This document shows positions 12,601 through 23,251 of a stretch of DNA of 46,233 nucleotides, one piece after another. The position numbers and the translations under genes are program-made. Position 1 is the stretch's first letter. The number at the start of each line of letters is the position of its first letter. Origin of the DNA: Reclinomonas americana ATCC 50394 (lineage: Eukaryota); the NCBI GenBank assembly GCA_048213135.1, contig PS015536.1:8294-54526 (forward strand), read 5' to 3'. Under the pieces are notes generated by a model, which saw only the letters and a program-made list of their open reading frames with translations, was not told where the DNA came from and did not search any database.

Positions 12601-13655
12601 ACTCACATTTGCTTTGTTATTCTGCACATTGCATTCTTCTCAACTGATGTATATACCGCCAGCATGCAACCCTCGGCTCTGCGCTCGTTCCGCGCTCTCG
12701 ATCTGCACGAGAACTGCAAGGGCCAACTGGTGGCAATTGATGCCGAGTTTGTTGCCCTCACCAAGGTTTGTGTGCACTTCTGGATGTGTGCGCGTTTGCA
12801 CATCTGTGTATTCATTGTGGAGCAGGAGGAGCGCAAGATGCTGCACGACGGCACAAGCGTGGTGGTCACGCCACCCATTCTGTCGCTGGCTCGTGTGTCG
12901 GTGCTGCGCGGCGGTGGGCCAATGGAGGGCGTGCCGTTCATCGACGACTACATTCACACGCCGGAGCAAGTGTCGGACTACTTGACGCGTTTCTCGGGCC
13001 TCGTGCCAGGAGACCTCGATCCGAGTGTTTCGCGACACTTTGTCACGTCGCTGAAGGTGAAGGACGGAGTGAGGATTTGTGTTGGTGGTTGTGCTTTGCC
13101 TAACGGTGATTGAACGCAGGCGGCCTACTTGAAGCTGCGCTACCTGGTGGACAACAAGTGCATCTTTGTCGGCCACGGTCTGAAGAAGGACTTTAAGATC
13201 ATCAGTTGCGACACTCGTCAAGTGCGTGTCTGTTGCAGCTATCGTCATGCTCACTCTCCTCCGCAGACATTTATGTTCCCGAGGAGCAGATGCGTGACAC
13301 GGTGGAGTTGTTCAGCCTGAAGCAGCAGCGAAAGGTGCGGTGGGGGAAAGGGGAGTGGAGGAAAGACTCGTGATGCTCATTCTGCTGTTCTTTAGCTGTC
13401 GCTTCGCTTCTTGGCGATGCACGTGCTGCGCGAGAACATTCAGGAGCAGACCCACGACAGTATCGAAGACGCCAGGACGGTGAGTGTCTGTCTGTGTATG
13501 TCGGCTTCCCCCATGTTGCTTCCTCACCGCTGCGCCAGGCACTTCTGTTGTACAAGCGGTACTGCGAGCTGCAACAAGCCGGTACATTTGATCAGAAGCT
13601 CGAGGAACTGTACGCTATTGGTCGTCGCACAAACTGGCAAGTGGGTGGCAGATGA
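8384..13655 (+). CDS. PAN2: PAN2 deadenylase catalytic subunit (WD40 + USP-like + DEDDh exonuclease), about 23 exons
   Basis: polyQ/acidic N-terminus; WD40 (AH..V.DV.VQDNLVASCG, YPDPFVKLFD); FDFKKYNKTRFCGLENDLPNCY; WFLFNDF; VAIDAEFV; LARVSVLRG; FIDDYI; DYLTRFSG; FVGHGLKKDF; HDSIEDART. TGA at 13653-13655. Confidence 0.97.
8429..8467 (+). repeat. (CAA/CAG)13 polyglutamine tract in PAN2 exon 1
   Basis: Direct read. Confidence 0.9.
9603..9663. repeat. (TG)n microsatellite in a PAN2 intron
   Basis: Direct read. Confidence 0.95.
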
Positions 13656-13743
13656 CACAACGCTGCTAAAGTAAACACACTTCGTAATCCACGCCGTCAC
13701 CGACTTGTCCTACGACGTATCGTCTTTGCGTCGTATCTTGCGA

Positions 13744-16350
13744 ATGAGCGATCCACTGCTGCATGCCTGCGCCTTTGACTTGCTCGGCGATCATACCTGG
13801 GTGCTCATTGCGCGTTTCCTCAACTTGTTGCGTCGCACAGGTTGTCTCCCTCACTCTTCCCTTCGTTTATGCGAGTTGTCTCACATGTGTCGCCAGTCGC
13901 GACTACACAATGTGCTGGCGCGTGTGCACTCGTCTGTGCGAGCTGCTGGAGACACACATGAGTCGCATGCGACTAACACCCTTTGACGTGGCGCAACGCG
14001 GCGATCTGATTGTCACTGTGGATCACGTTCGCGCGCGTTTTCCGCGACTGAGTGCTCTCGATCTGGGCGGCTTTGCGTTGGGGTTCGAGGGTGCCCAGTC
14101 GTTCGCACAAGTGCTGGCACGACACAGCAACTTTGTGGAACTCGATCTGACGCGTTGCGTTCCCCTCTTATCTCGCTCACTGAGTGGAAATGGTCAATGA
14201 CTGAAGAAGCCACAGAGAACAACTTGCGACTGGGCGGTTCGCGAGTGGTGGGAGCTGCTGTGGCGGGATGCAGTCGACTGCAGCGGCTCATGCTGGGCAA
14301 GAACGGCATTGGTCCGCAGGGACTGGCGGCGATTGTGCATGCTGTCGTGCAGTCCGAGTCGTTGACGGAGCTCGACTTGCGCAGCAACGGCATCACGCAC
14401 GAGGGTGCGCACCAGCTGGAGACTCTGTTGAGAGGTACGAGGTGGGATGGAGTCGGGGAACGAGGCGGGCTTTTTGCTCACTCTCCTTGTCGTCGCGCGC
14501 GCAGAGAACGACACGATCACGCACTTGGATTTGTCGGGCAACCGACTGCGTGCGTTGGGTGCGGCGGCAGTGGGCCGTGGCCTCGGTGTGAATCAGTCGC
14601 TGCGCAGTCTGTCGCTGGCCGACACGAGTCTCGGCGACGAGGGCGTGATGGCCCTGTGCCGGTTTGGCGAGGCCGTGCCGGATGCTGCGGAGGCGGCCGC
14701 GATGGAGGGCGAAGGCGCCTCTGCGGGAGCGGCGCCAGTGATCGACGTGGATGTGAAACCCGACAATGAGAGGCTCGCTGGCAACTTTACGCTGGAGCGC
14801 CTTGTGCTGACGAAGAACAACATTACGGGAGACGGCACGAAGGTGTTGCTGACGGCGGTGGGTGCGCCGCGCAGTCGGGTGTGTGATTTGGTGTTGGACA
14901 GCAATCAGTTGTCATCGGAGGGCTCCTACGCCATTGGCGAGATGATTCGCGCACGGGTGAATGCCATTGCGCCGCTGAAGAGGATATCGCTGAAGGCCAA
15001 CGAGATTGGGCCGGCGGGTGCACGGTGGCTGGCGACGGCGTTGGAGGCGACTCGCTCGCGAGTCAGTCTGGTGTTGGATGGTGCGTGTGCGTGAGGGTGG
15101 GCGAGGTGAGAGGCGGTGTGGTTAGTGAATGTCGCACCGCGCAGGCAACACACTCGGCGGCACCGGCGTGCAACTGATGATGGAGAAGGTGCCGGTGACG
15201 CTGCTGAATCAAATGAGTTTCCGAGGTTGGTTGCCGATACTTGGTTTCTTTTGTGTGTCGGCCACTGACTGCGGCGTCGCACGAAATCAACAGACAATGG
15301 CATTGGCGAGCGCGGCATGCGTGCAGTGTCGGAGCGACTGGTTACGCTGGGGCGCATTCTCCTTGTTTTTCTTGGTCGCAGTGGCTGATTGTCGCCGTGC
15401 AGAGCATTAGCGGCATTCGGCGTGTGCACTTGGGCGGCAACGATCTCGGTGAACCCGGTGCCATGCTGTTGTACGAGGGATTGAAGGATCACACGCGGTT
15501 AACGGAGCTGCTCGTGCCATGTTGCGTAGTGTGATGTCGCCGATTGCTTCGCTCGACAGGGATTGACAGTTGATGGTGGCACGTGTAGCCAACAAGTTTG
15601 GCAAGGAGGGCGCGGTGTGGATTGCCCGGCTGCTGACGGAGAATCGGTACATTGAGACGCTGTCGCTGGAGTGTTGCGTCGCTGCGCTCGTGCCTGTGCC
15701 ACCTCACGCCACTCCGTGTCCAAATTCATCATGCACACCACAGCCAATAGCCTGCGCGACAAGGGCTGCCTCATTGTCACCGAGGCACTTTCCGAAGGCC
15801 GCAACACGTCGCTGCGGCGTCTCAACCTGTCGTGGAATCACATTGAGGCGGAGGGCGTGCGGCCGTGGCAGTTCATGCTGCGCGACAACCAGACCCTGAC
15901 CGAAATCGACATGAGGTGTGGGAGACTGTGTTTTCATCCCACACCTGATGTGGCTGACTTGCGTGCACGCAGCGCCAACCTGATCGACCCAGAAGGCGTC
16001 GCGTGGATTGCCACAGGTGCGGAATGATGCTCGTCGTCGTCCAGGGAAAAAACTCACCAATATACTACAGGGCTGGCTGGCAACCATTCGTTGGTCGGCC
16101 TCAGTTTGGCGTACAACCAGGTGTGGCCCGACGGCGCACAGTGCATCTACGACGCCCTACAGCAGAATACCACCATCCGGAGAGTTGCGTACACATTTTG
16201 CCAGGGCATGAACGAGAAGCGACTCACACCCCATGAACACAGTTGGACCTCTCCGCCACCATCACTGGCGAGTCCGGGCCCAAGCTACTGCTCACGGCCA
16301 TGCGCGAGAGAAGAGAGCGCAATCTGCCTCGCGTCGTGATCTCTCTCTAG
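13744..16350 (+). CDS. F-box + RNI-like leucine-rich repeat protein, 12 exons
   Basis: N-terminal F-box-like LLGDHTWVLIARFLNFRDYTMCWRVCTRL, followed by many LxxLxLxxNxIxxxG repeats (LTELDLRSNGIT, ITHLDLSGNRL, LRRLNLSWNHI). TAG at 16348-16350. Confidence 0.85.
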
Positions 16351-16365
16351 TGAACGCACATTTCA

Positions 16366-16984
16366 CTAGTCGGCGTACTGCACCTGCGTGCGTCGTATTC
16401 TCTTCTCCACGCGCTGCGGCACCTCACTGCGCAACCACCTCTGCGCGCGCAACGGCCACACCACTGCCACCGCGCGTCCATCCACAATACGCGCCGGCAG
16501 CGGCCCGTACATGTTGGCATCGACCGAGTTGTCAGAGTTGTCGCCCTCCATCCACAGAAAGCCGGCGGGCACGCGAACTGCACCGTGCATGGGCGCTGTG
16601 TCCGCACGCACAGCGACTACATCACCGGGCGTGGCGACTACGCGTTTGATCACATACTGCTCGGCGTTGAAAGGGTTGCGATAGGTGACCACATCGCCCA
16701 CTCGCACGCAGCGATGTGCATCGGAGAATGGATAGTTCCACACAAGAACCCACTCGCGGCCTTGCTGCGGACCGTCGGGGTTGAGCGAAGGCCACATTGA
16801 TGCGCCTCTGAGTGCGCGCGCAAGTGTGAGAAGCATGCACGGAGGAGTGTGCGCGGGCGAGTGAGTAAGTGCGCAACTGCACAGGTGCGATCTGCACGAC
16901 TTTGACGCGGATCAGTTGCGCCAGAGGGTACACAATGGCGAATGTCTTGACAAACTCCACGCCAAACAGCAGCAACTGTCGCAT
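16366..16984 (-). CDS. Mitochondrial inner membrane peptidase subunit (S26 family, IMP2-like), 2 exons
   Basis: Catalytic Ser box GASMWPSLNP, Lys box IKRVVATPGD, WMEGDN..NSVDAN.YGP and terminal AVVWP. Intron 16877-16808. Confidence 0.88.
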
Positions 16985-17077
16985 CTCAACGGGGTAAGGG
17001 GATAGGAGGAGAAAAGAGTGCGTCCTGTGCGTCCCATCACTCACGCACGCACCGACCGACGCACGCACTCGCTCATC
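16985..17077. promoter_or_regulatory. Probable bidirectional promoter, IMP peptidase/NDUFV1 (93 bp)
   Basis: Head-to-head ATGs; inferred from geometry. Confidence 0.55.
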
Positions 17078-19710
17078 ATGCAACGAGCGGCCCGAGTCGC
17101 GCGTCGCTTCTACGGCGGCCTGGCTGACAAGGACCGCATCTTCACCAACTTGTTTGGAGAGCATCCGTATACGCTGGATGGAGCACTCAAGCGAGTTGCG
17201 TGAATGTGCAAGTGTGTGTGTGTGTGAGAGAGAGAGGGGAGAGAGAGAGCAGTGTGCAGTCGCCAGGTCGTGCTGTGTGTGTGAGAGAGAAACGAGTGCG
17301 TGTGTGTATACGTTGAGTTTTGCACTTTGGAGTTCAATTGCGCTTGCATATGCACACGCATTCAACACATCTGCTGTGTGCGATGAGACAGAGCACGCAC
17401 AGAGAGTGAACAAGTGTGTGCGTGAGAGTGAGAGCGAGGGAGGTGGAAAAGCAAGCGTTTCTCAGTGGACATGGCGCGCAATGTCTCACTCTCTCTTCTC
17501 TCTCTCTCTTTGGTGATTGTTTATAGGGTGACTGGTACCGCACCAAGGATCTGATCACGAAGGGCTCTGACTGGATCGTGAATGAGGTCAAGAAGAGTGG
17601 ATTGCGCGGTCGCGGAGGTGCAGGTTTCCCCTCGGGGCTGAAGTGGTCGTTTATGCCCAAGGTGTCCGATGGAAGGTGAGAGAACGAGGAGGGGAGAGTG
17701 GAACAGGGGTATCAGGTCAGCCTTTTCTCGTCATGCGTGATGATGATGGAGTGATGAGGGGGAGTGATGAAGGGCTTCTCGCCATATCTCTCCTTGTGGC
17801 CACTGTGCAGATGGCTCGTCCCTGCTTTCCTTTGCTCTCTGCCACCATTCTGCAGCGTCTTGCCTGCGCGATGTCATGACGTTCTTCTTCTTCTCCTGTC
17901 GTACGCGAACCCACCGCCCCGTCAGTGAGCGCATTTGTTTCCCTCTCTTTCTCACTTCCTCTCTCACACATTTGAAAAGCTTCATCGCTGTCACTCACTT
18001 GTTGTTCTCTCCCTCGTTTTCTCTCTTATTTCCCTCCCTTTCCCTTTCCCTCTCTCCTATCCCTCTCTCCTCTCCCTCTCCTCTCCCTCTCTCCTCTCCC
18101 TCTCCCTCTCCCTCTCCCTCTCCCTCTCCCTCTCCTCCTCCCTCTCCCTCTCCCTCCCCTCTCCCCCCTCTCTCCCTCTCCCTCCCGTTCCCTCACCCTC
18201 ACCCTCTCCCTCTCCCTCACTTCCCCTGCCAGGCCATCATACCTCGTCATCAATGCCGACGAGAGTGAGCCGGGCACGTGCAAGGATCGCGAGATTATGC
18301 GACACGATCCGCACAAGTTGGTCGAGGGCGCGCTGCTGGCCGGTGTGGGCATGCGTGCACGCGCAGGTAAATCACATCCTTTCCTCCCTCCCTCTCATAT
18401 CCCCTCTCTTCTCACACACTATCGCAGCGTACATTTACATTCGCGGCGAGTTCTACAACGAGGCGCTGAACCTGCAGCACGCCATCGACGAGGCCTACAA
18501 GGCGGGATTGATTGGTCGCAACGCCTGCGGCAGCGGCTACGACTACGATGTGTACCTCCACCGTGGTGCTGGTGCGTACATTTGTGGCGAGGAGACTGCG
18601 CTGCTGGAGTCACTCGAGGGCAAGCAGGTGCGTGCGAGCGTGCGCATGAAAGGAATGCCATAGAGTGCGATTCTCACTATGTTCTGTGGCTGCTGCGCAG
18701 GGCAAGCCGCGCCTGAAGCCACCGTTCCCAGCCAATGTCGGTCTGTACGGTTGCCCGAGCACTGTGACCAATGTGGAGACCATTGCCGTGGCGCCGACCA
18801 TTCTGCGTCGGTTTGTTTCTCGAGTCGAAGTTGTTACTACTGCTGCTGTGTGTATCACGCCCCAACACCTTCTCGTGTTGTCTGTCCAACAGTGGTGGTG
18901 ACTGGTTCGCCGCGTTCGGACGCAAGAACAACAGCGGCACCAAGCTGTTCTGCATCTCCGGCCACGTCAACAACCCATGCACTGTGGAGGGTACGTCCAT
19001 CTGTGTTTATGTGCCTTTGTTGCCACCGTAGGTGCTCATTCCCTCCATCTCGCAGAGGAAATGTCCATTCCTCTCCGCGAGCTCATCGAGAAACATGCCG
19101 GAGGTGTGCGCGGTGGCTGGGACAACCTTCTGGGCATCATCCCCGGTGGCTCTTCAGTACCAGTCCTGCCCAAGTCCATTTGCGACGATGTGCTGTTGCG
19201 TACAATATTCACGCGTTTATGTTGTGTGTCTCCTCTTCCTCCCGCTCTCCGCTCACCACCTCAATCTCACCAGGATGGACTTTGACGCCCTGAAGGCCGT
19301 CAACAGTGGCCTCGGCACCGCCGCCGTGATGGTCATGGACAAGTCGACCGACATTATCAAGGCCATTGCCCGTCTCTCCAAGTTCTACAAGCACGAGTCG
19401 TGCGGCCAATGCACACCGTGCCGCGAGGGCACCGGCTGGCTCATGCAGCTGATGGACCGCTTCGTCGAGGGCAACGCCGACGTGCGCGAGATCGACATGC
19501 TGGATGTTGCGCAGCGCTTGCAATTCGTCGCTCTGTGTGTGTTGTGCTCATCTCCGGTTGCTCTGCCAGGAAATCTCTCGTCAGATCGAGGGACACACCA
19601 TTTGCGCTCTGGGTGATGCTGCCGCATGGCCAGTGCAGGGTCTGATTCGTCACTTCCGCCCTGAGATGGAGGCGCGTGTGAAGAAGTTCCAGGCCGCCCA
19701 CCGCCGTTGA
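17078..19710 (+). CDS. NDUFV1: Mitochondrial complex I 51 kDa flavoprotein subunit, 9 exons
   Basis: [98 protein letters not shown] at 19708-19710. Confidence 0.98.
18060..18225. repeat. (TCCCTC)n polypyrimidine tract in NDUFV1 intron 2
   Basis: Direct read; the complementary strand is (GAGGGA)n. Confidence 0.9.
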
Positions 19711-20195
19711 GCGTGATCTCGGCGTGCCACATCTTCCGGCCTGTTTCTGTTTGTCTTGTTTTTCTTGTGGACGTGGTCGGTAGATGTTGGCTGGTTGTTG
19801 TTGTTGTTGGTTGGTTGGTTGGTTTTTTTGCTGCCGAGTTGGGTGGCGTGATGCGCACACTCGCACGTCCGCACTCTGGGGTTGCGGGTGGGAATGGGAG
19901 TGGGAGAGCAAGTGGTGGAGGGGAGTGCGAGGTTGGGCGGCGGCGGTAATGATGGTGAGCCGGAAGAATTGATGATGGGCTCGCCCACTCTGGCCACATT
20001 GTTGTCGTCGTCGTCGTCATCCTCTCCTCTCTTTCCCCACCCTTGCGTCCTTCCTCCTTTCCTCCTCTCGTAATCCTGGTGGTGTGTGTGCGTTTGAGCT
20101 CGTGTGTTTCTCGTTGCTTCCGTCTCGGTCGGCATGTGATGCTGTGGTGTATTGCGAAAATATGCGAAATCCGTATGTTACATTAATACTATTGA

Positions 20196-23158
20196 CTAGC
20201 GTTGCCGCAGTGACGGCAGTGGGTCACTGTCGTGTGTTGTTGTCGTCGTTGTCGTGGATGTCGTTGTCATTGTCATCACTGCGGGTTCGTGGACAGTGGG
20301 CGACACGGCGCCTTCGTGATGCGCACGTTTTCGTGGCACCCACTCGTTGAGTTCTTGCTGTGCGAGTCGCTTCCGTGTCGACGCCTGCGCAGCAAAAAAG
20401 CATCGTGTCAAAGACTGTGTGTGCTCGAAGAACAGTGCGAAGAAGCATACCTCTTCCAAGGCAGTGGCAGGCAGTGTGCGTGCGACCACTGTCGACTGCA
20501 CGAGCGCGCTAAACTTGCCGCCCGTCGGTGGCGTGTCTGGCGCGTCGTCCACGCGATACATGCGCACGTGTGGCGATCCGGTGGCGAAACGGATGCAACC
20601 ACGCGTTCGCGGGCTGTGTTTCACCTGCTGCCGCCGCCGCTCGTCCTCGGTGACGCTCAGTACCACGCCGCGGTTCATCTCCGTGTTGAATTCGACCAGT
20701 GGCTCGTTTTCTGATGAAGAGAGACGACACAGAAGTGAGCAGGAGCCAGGAGATGCTTGGAAAACAAAGCGCACACCTCGTTCCATGCTGTCGAGAGCGT
20801 TGGGATCGACTGTGACAACTGGAGGAAGGCGACGAGTGAGACATGCGACAAAAAAACAGAGTGTGGCAGCAAATATTAACTGGTGCGGGGCGAGGTTGGC
20901 GACGGCAGTGGTGAGGTGTGCGGCGATGCAGTNNNNNNNNNNNNNNNNNNNNNNNNNNNNNNNNNNNNNNNNNNNNNNNNNNNNNNNNNNNNNNNNNNNN
21001 NNNNNNNNNNNNNNNNNNNNNNNNNNNNNNNNNNNNNNNNNNNNNNNNNNNNNNNNNNNNNNNNNNNNNNNNNNNNNNNNNNNNNNNNNNNNNNNNNNNN
21101 NNNNNNNNNNNNNNNNNNNNNNNNNNNNNNNNNNNNNNNNNNNNNNNNNNNNNNNNNNNNNNNNNNNNNNNNNNNNNNNNNNNNNNNNNNNNNNNNNNNN
21201 NNNNNNNNNNNNNNNNNNNNNNNNNNNNNNNNNNNNNNNNNNNNNNNNNNNNNNNNNNNNNNNNNNNNNNGCGCGCAGACGGCGACATTGACAGTGGAGG
21301 TTTCACCGGCGACGGCGCCCGCTGCCGCACCAGGCTGTCGAGGCCGAGAAAGTCGACCGCCACCACGGGCGAGCGGGGAGAAGCGTGCGGCGACCACCGC
21401 GGCGTGCCGCCCAGCGACGAAGAGTCGCGATCGGCGGGCGACGGAGCGGCCGACGACGCCGCACTGAGCGACTGCGGCGTGGAAATCACCATTGTCATCG
21501 TNNNNNNNNNNNNNNNNNNNNNNNNNNNNNNNNNNNNNNNNNNNNNNNNNNNNNNNNNNNNNNNNNNNNNNNNNNNNNNNNNNNNNNNNNNNNNNNNNNN
21601 NNNNNNNNNNNNNNNNNNNNNNNNNNNNNNNNNNNNNNNNNNNNNNNNNNNNNNNNNNNNNNNNNNNNNNNNNNNNNNNNNNNNNNNNNNNNNNNNNNNN
21701 NNNNNNNNNNNNNNNNNNNNNNNNNNNNNNNNNNNNNNNNNNNNNNNNNNNNNNNNNNNNNNNNNNNNNNNNNNNNNNNNNNNNNNNNNNNNNNNNNNNN
21801 NNNNNNNNNNNNNNNNNNNNNNNNNNNNNNNNNNNNNNNNNNNNNNNNNNNNNNNNNNNNNNNNNNNNNNNNNNNNNNNNNNNNNNNNNNNNNNNNNNNN
21901 NNNNNNNNNNNNNNNNNNNNNNNNNNNNNNNNNNNNNNNNNNNNNNNNNNNNNNNNNNNNNNNNNNNNNNNNNNNNNNNNNNNNNNNNNNNNNNNNNNNN
22001 NNNNNNNNNNNNNNNNNNNNNNNNNNNNNNNNNNNNNNNNNNNNNNNNNNNNNNNNNNNNNNNNNNNNNNNNNNNNNNNNNNNNNNNNNNNNNNNNNNNN
22101 NNNNNNNNNNNNNNNNNNNNNNNNNNNNNNNNNNNNNNNNNNNNNNNNNNNNNNNNNNNNNNNNNNNNNNNNNNNNNNNNNNNNNNNNNNNNNNNNNNNN
22201 NNNNNNNNNNNNNNNNNNNNNNNNNNNNNNNNNNNNNNNNNNNNNNNNNNNNNNNNNNNNNNNNNNNNNNNNNNNNNNNNNNNNNNNNNNNNNNNNNNNN
22301 NNNNNNNNNNNNNNNNNNNNNNNNNNNNNNNNNNNNNNNNNNNNNNNNNNNNNNNNNNNNNNNNNNNNNNNNNNNNNNNNNNNNNNNNNNNNNNNNNNNN
22401 NNNGCGTTTGCTGCTGCTACCGAGCCCGCCCCGCGCCTGTTGGGCACCAACGGGCAGTGGCGGCTGTCGCTTGGAATCGGCAACATACTGAAAAACGCGT
22501 GGCGAGGCGCCAAATCGAACGGTCGTCTTGTCTCGAAGAGGCATTGGAACGTGTGCAGGCAGTGGCGAGCCCTCCACCAGCGTGCCGTGTGCTGCACACA
22601 CACACCCACAGAGGCGAGTGTCAGCGCAAGGGGGGAGGCACTCAGTGGACGAGGAAAGGAGAGCGCACGCGCACCCGAGCCCAAATCCATGATATATGAG
22701 CCGTGCTGGGAGTGCATAATCACTGCGTGCAGGCGGGATACCGACATGTGGGCCTCGACGATCTGATGGGGAGGCGGAGGAGCAAGTGAGCACTCGCGTG
22801 TACATGCATGTGGCGTCCGCCGCCCGCGCGCAACTTGCACAGCCTCCGCCAGACGACCAATCAGATACAACGGCCTTGCACTGATCTCATACACTATTGC
22901 TTCTGCGGCCTCCTCTGGCGCAGCAAAGGGAGCAGCTCCCGTGTGTGTGGCATGCAGCACAGGGCGACTGCGCGATGCGGCACTGGGCACTGTGGCAGAA
23001 AGAGAGAGAGAGAGCATGTATGTGATTCACTGTATCGTATTATGCAGTGTACGCTGCGCCAACTCGGAAACGCAACGACAACACCATGCGGGTGGCACAA
23101 ACGATGGCAAGCCCGTCACACTGTCGGTGACCACCTTGCCTGCCTGCTGCCTCGACAT
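20196..23158 (-). CDS. PPP1R8: NIPP1 (nuclear inhibitor of PP1)-like FHA-domain protein; middle interrupted by two gaps
   Basis: N-terminal FVPPAW; FHA motifs IGR, HMSVSRLHA, MDLGSAHGT, VRFGASPR. C-terminal LVEFNTEMN and GGKFSALVQSTVV resemble NIPP1 LTEFNTAHN and GRFRNMVQTAVV. Confidence 0.72.
20933..21270. other. Assembly gap (N run)
   Basis: Ns. Confidence 1.
21502..22403. other. Assembly gap (N run)
   Basis: Ns. Confidence 1.
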
Positions 23159-23251
23159 TGAAAAACGCAGACGGGACTGACGACTCGAGCTCGACCAATA
23201 AGCCGTCGGGAAATTTCGCCAAGGCGCGCCAAAGACACACTGAGGAGAGAG

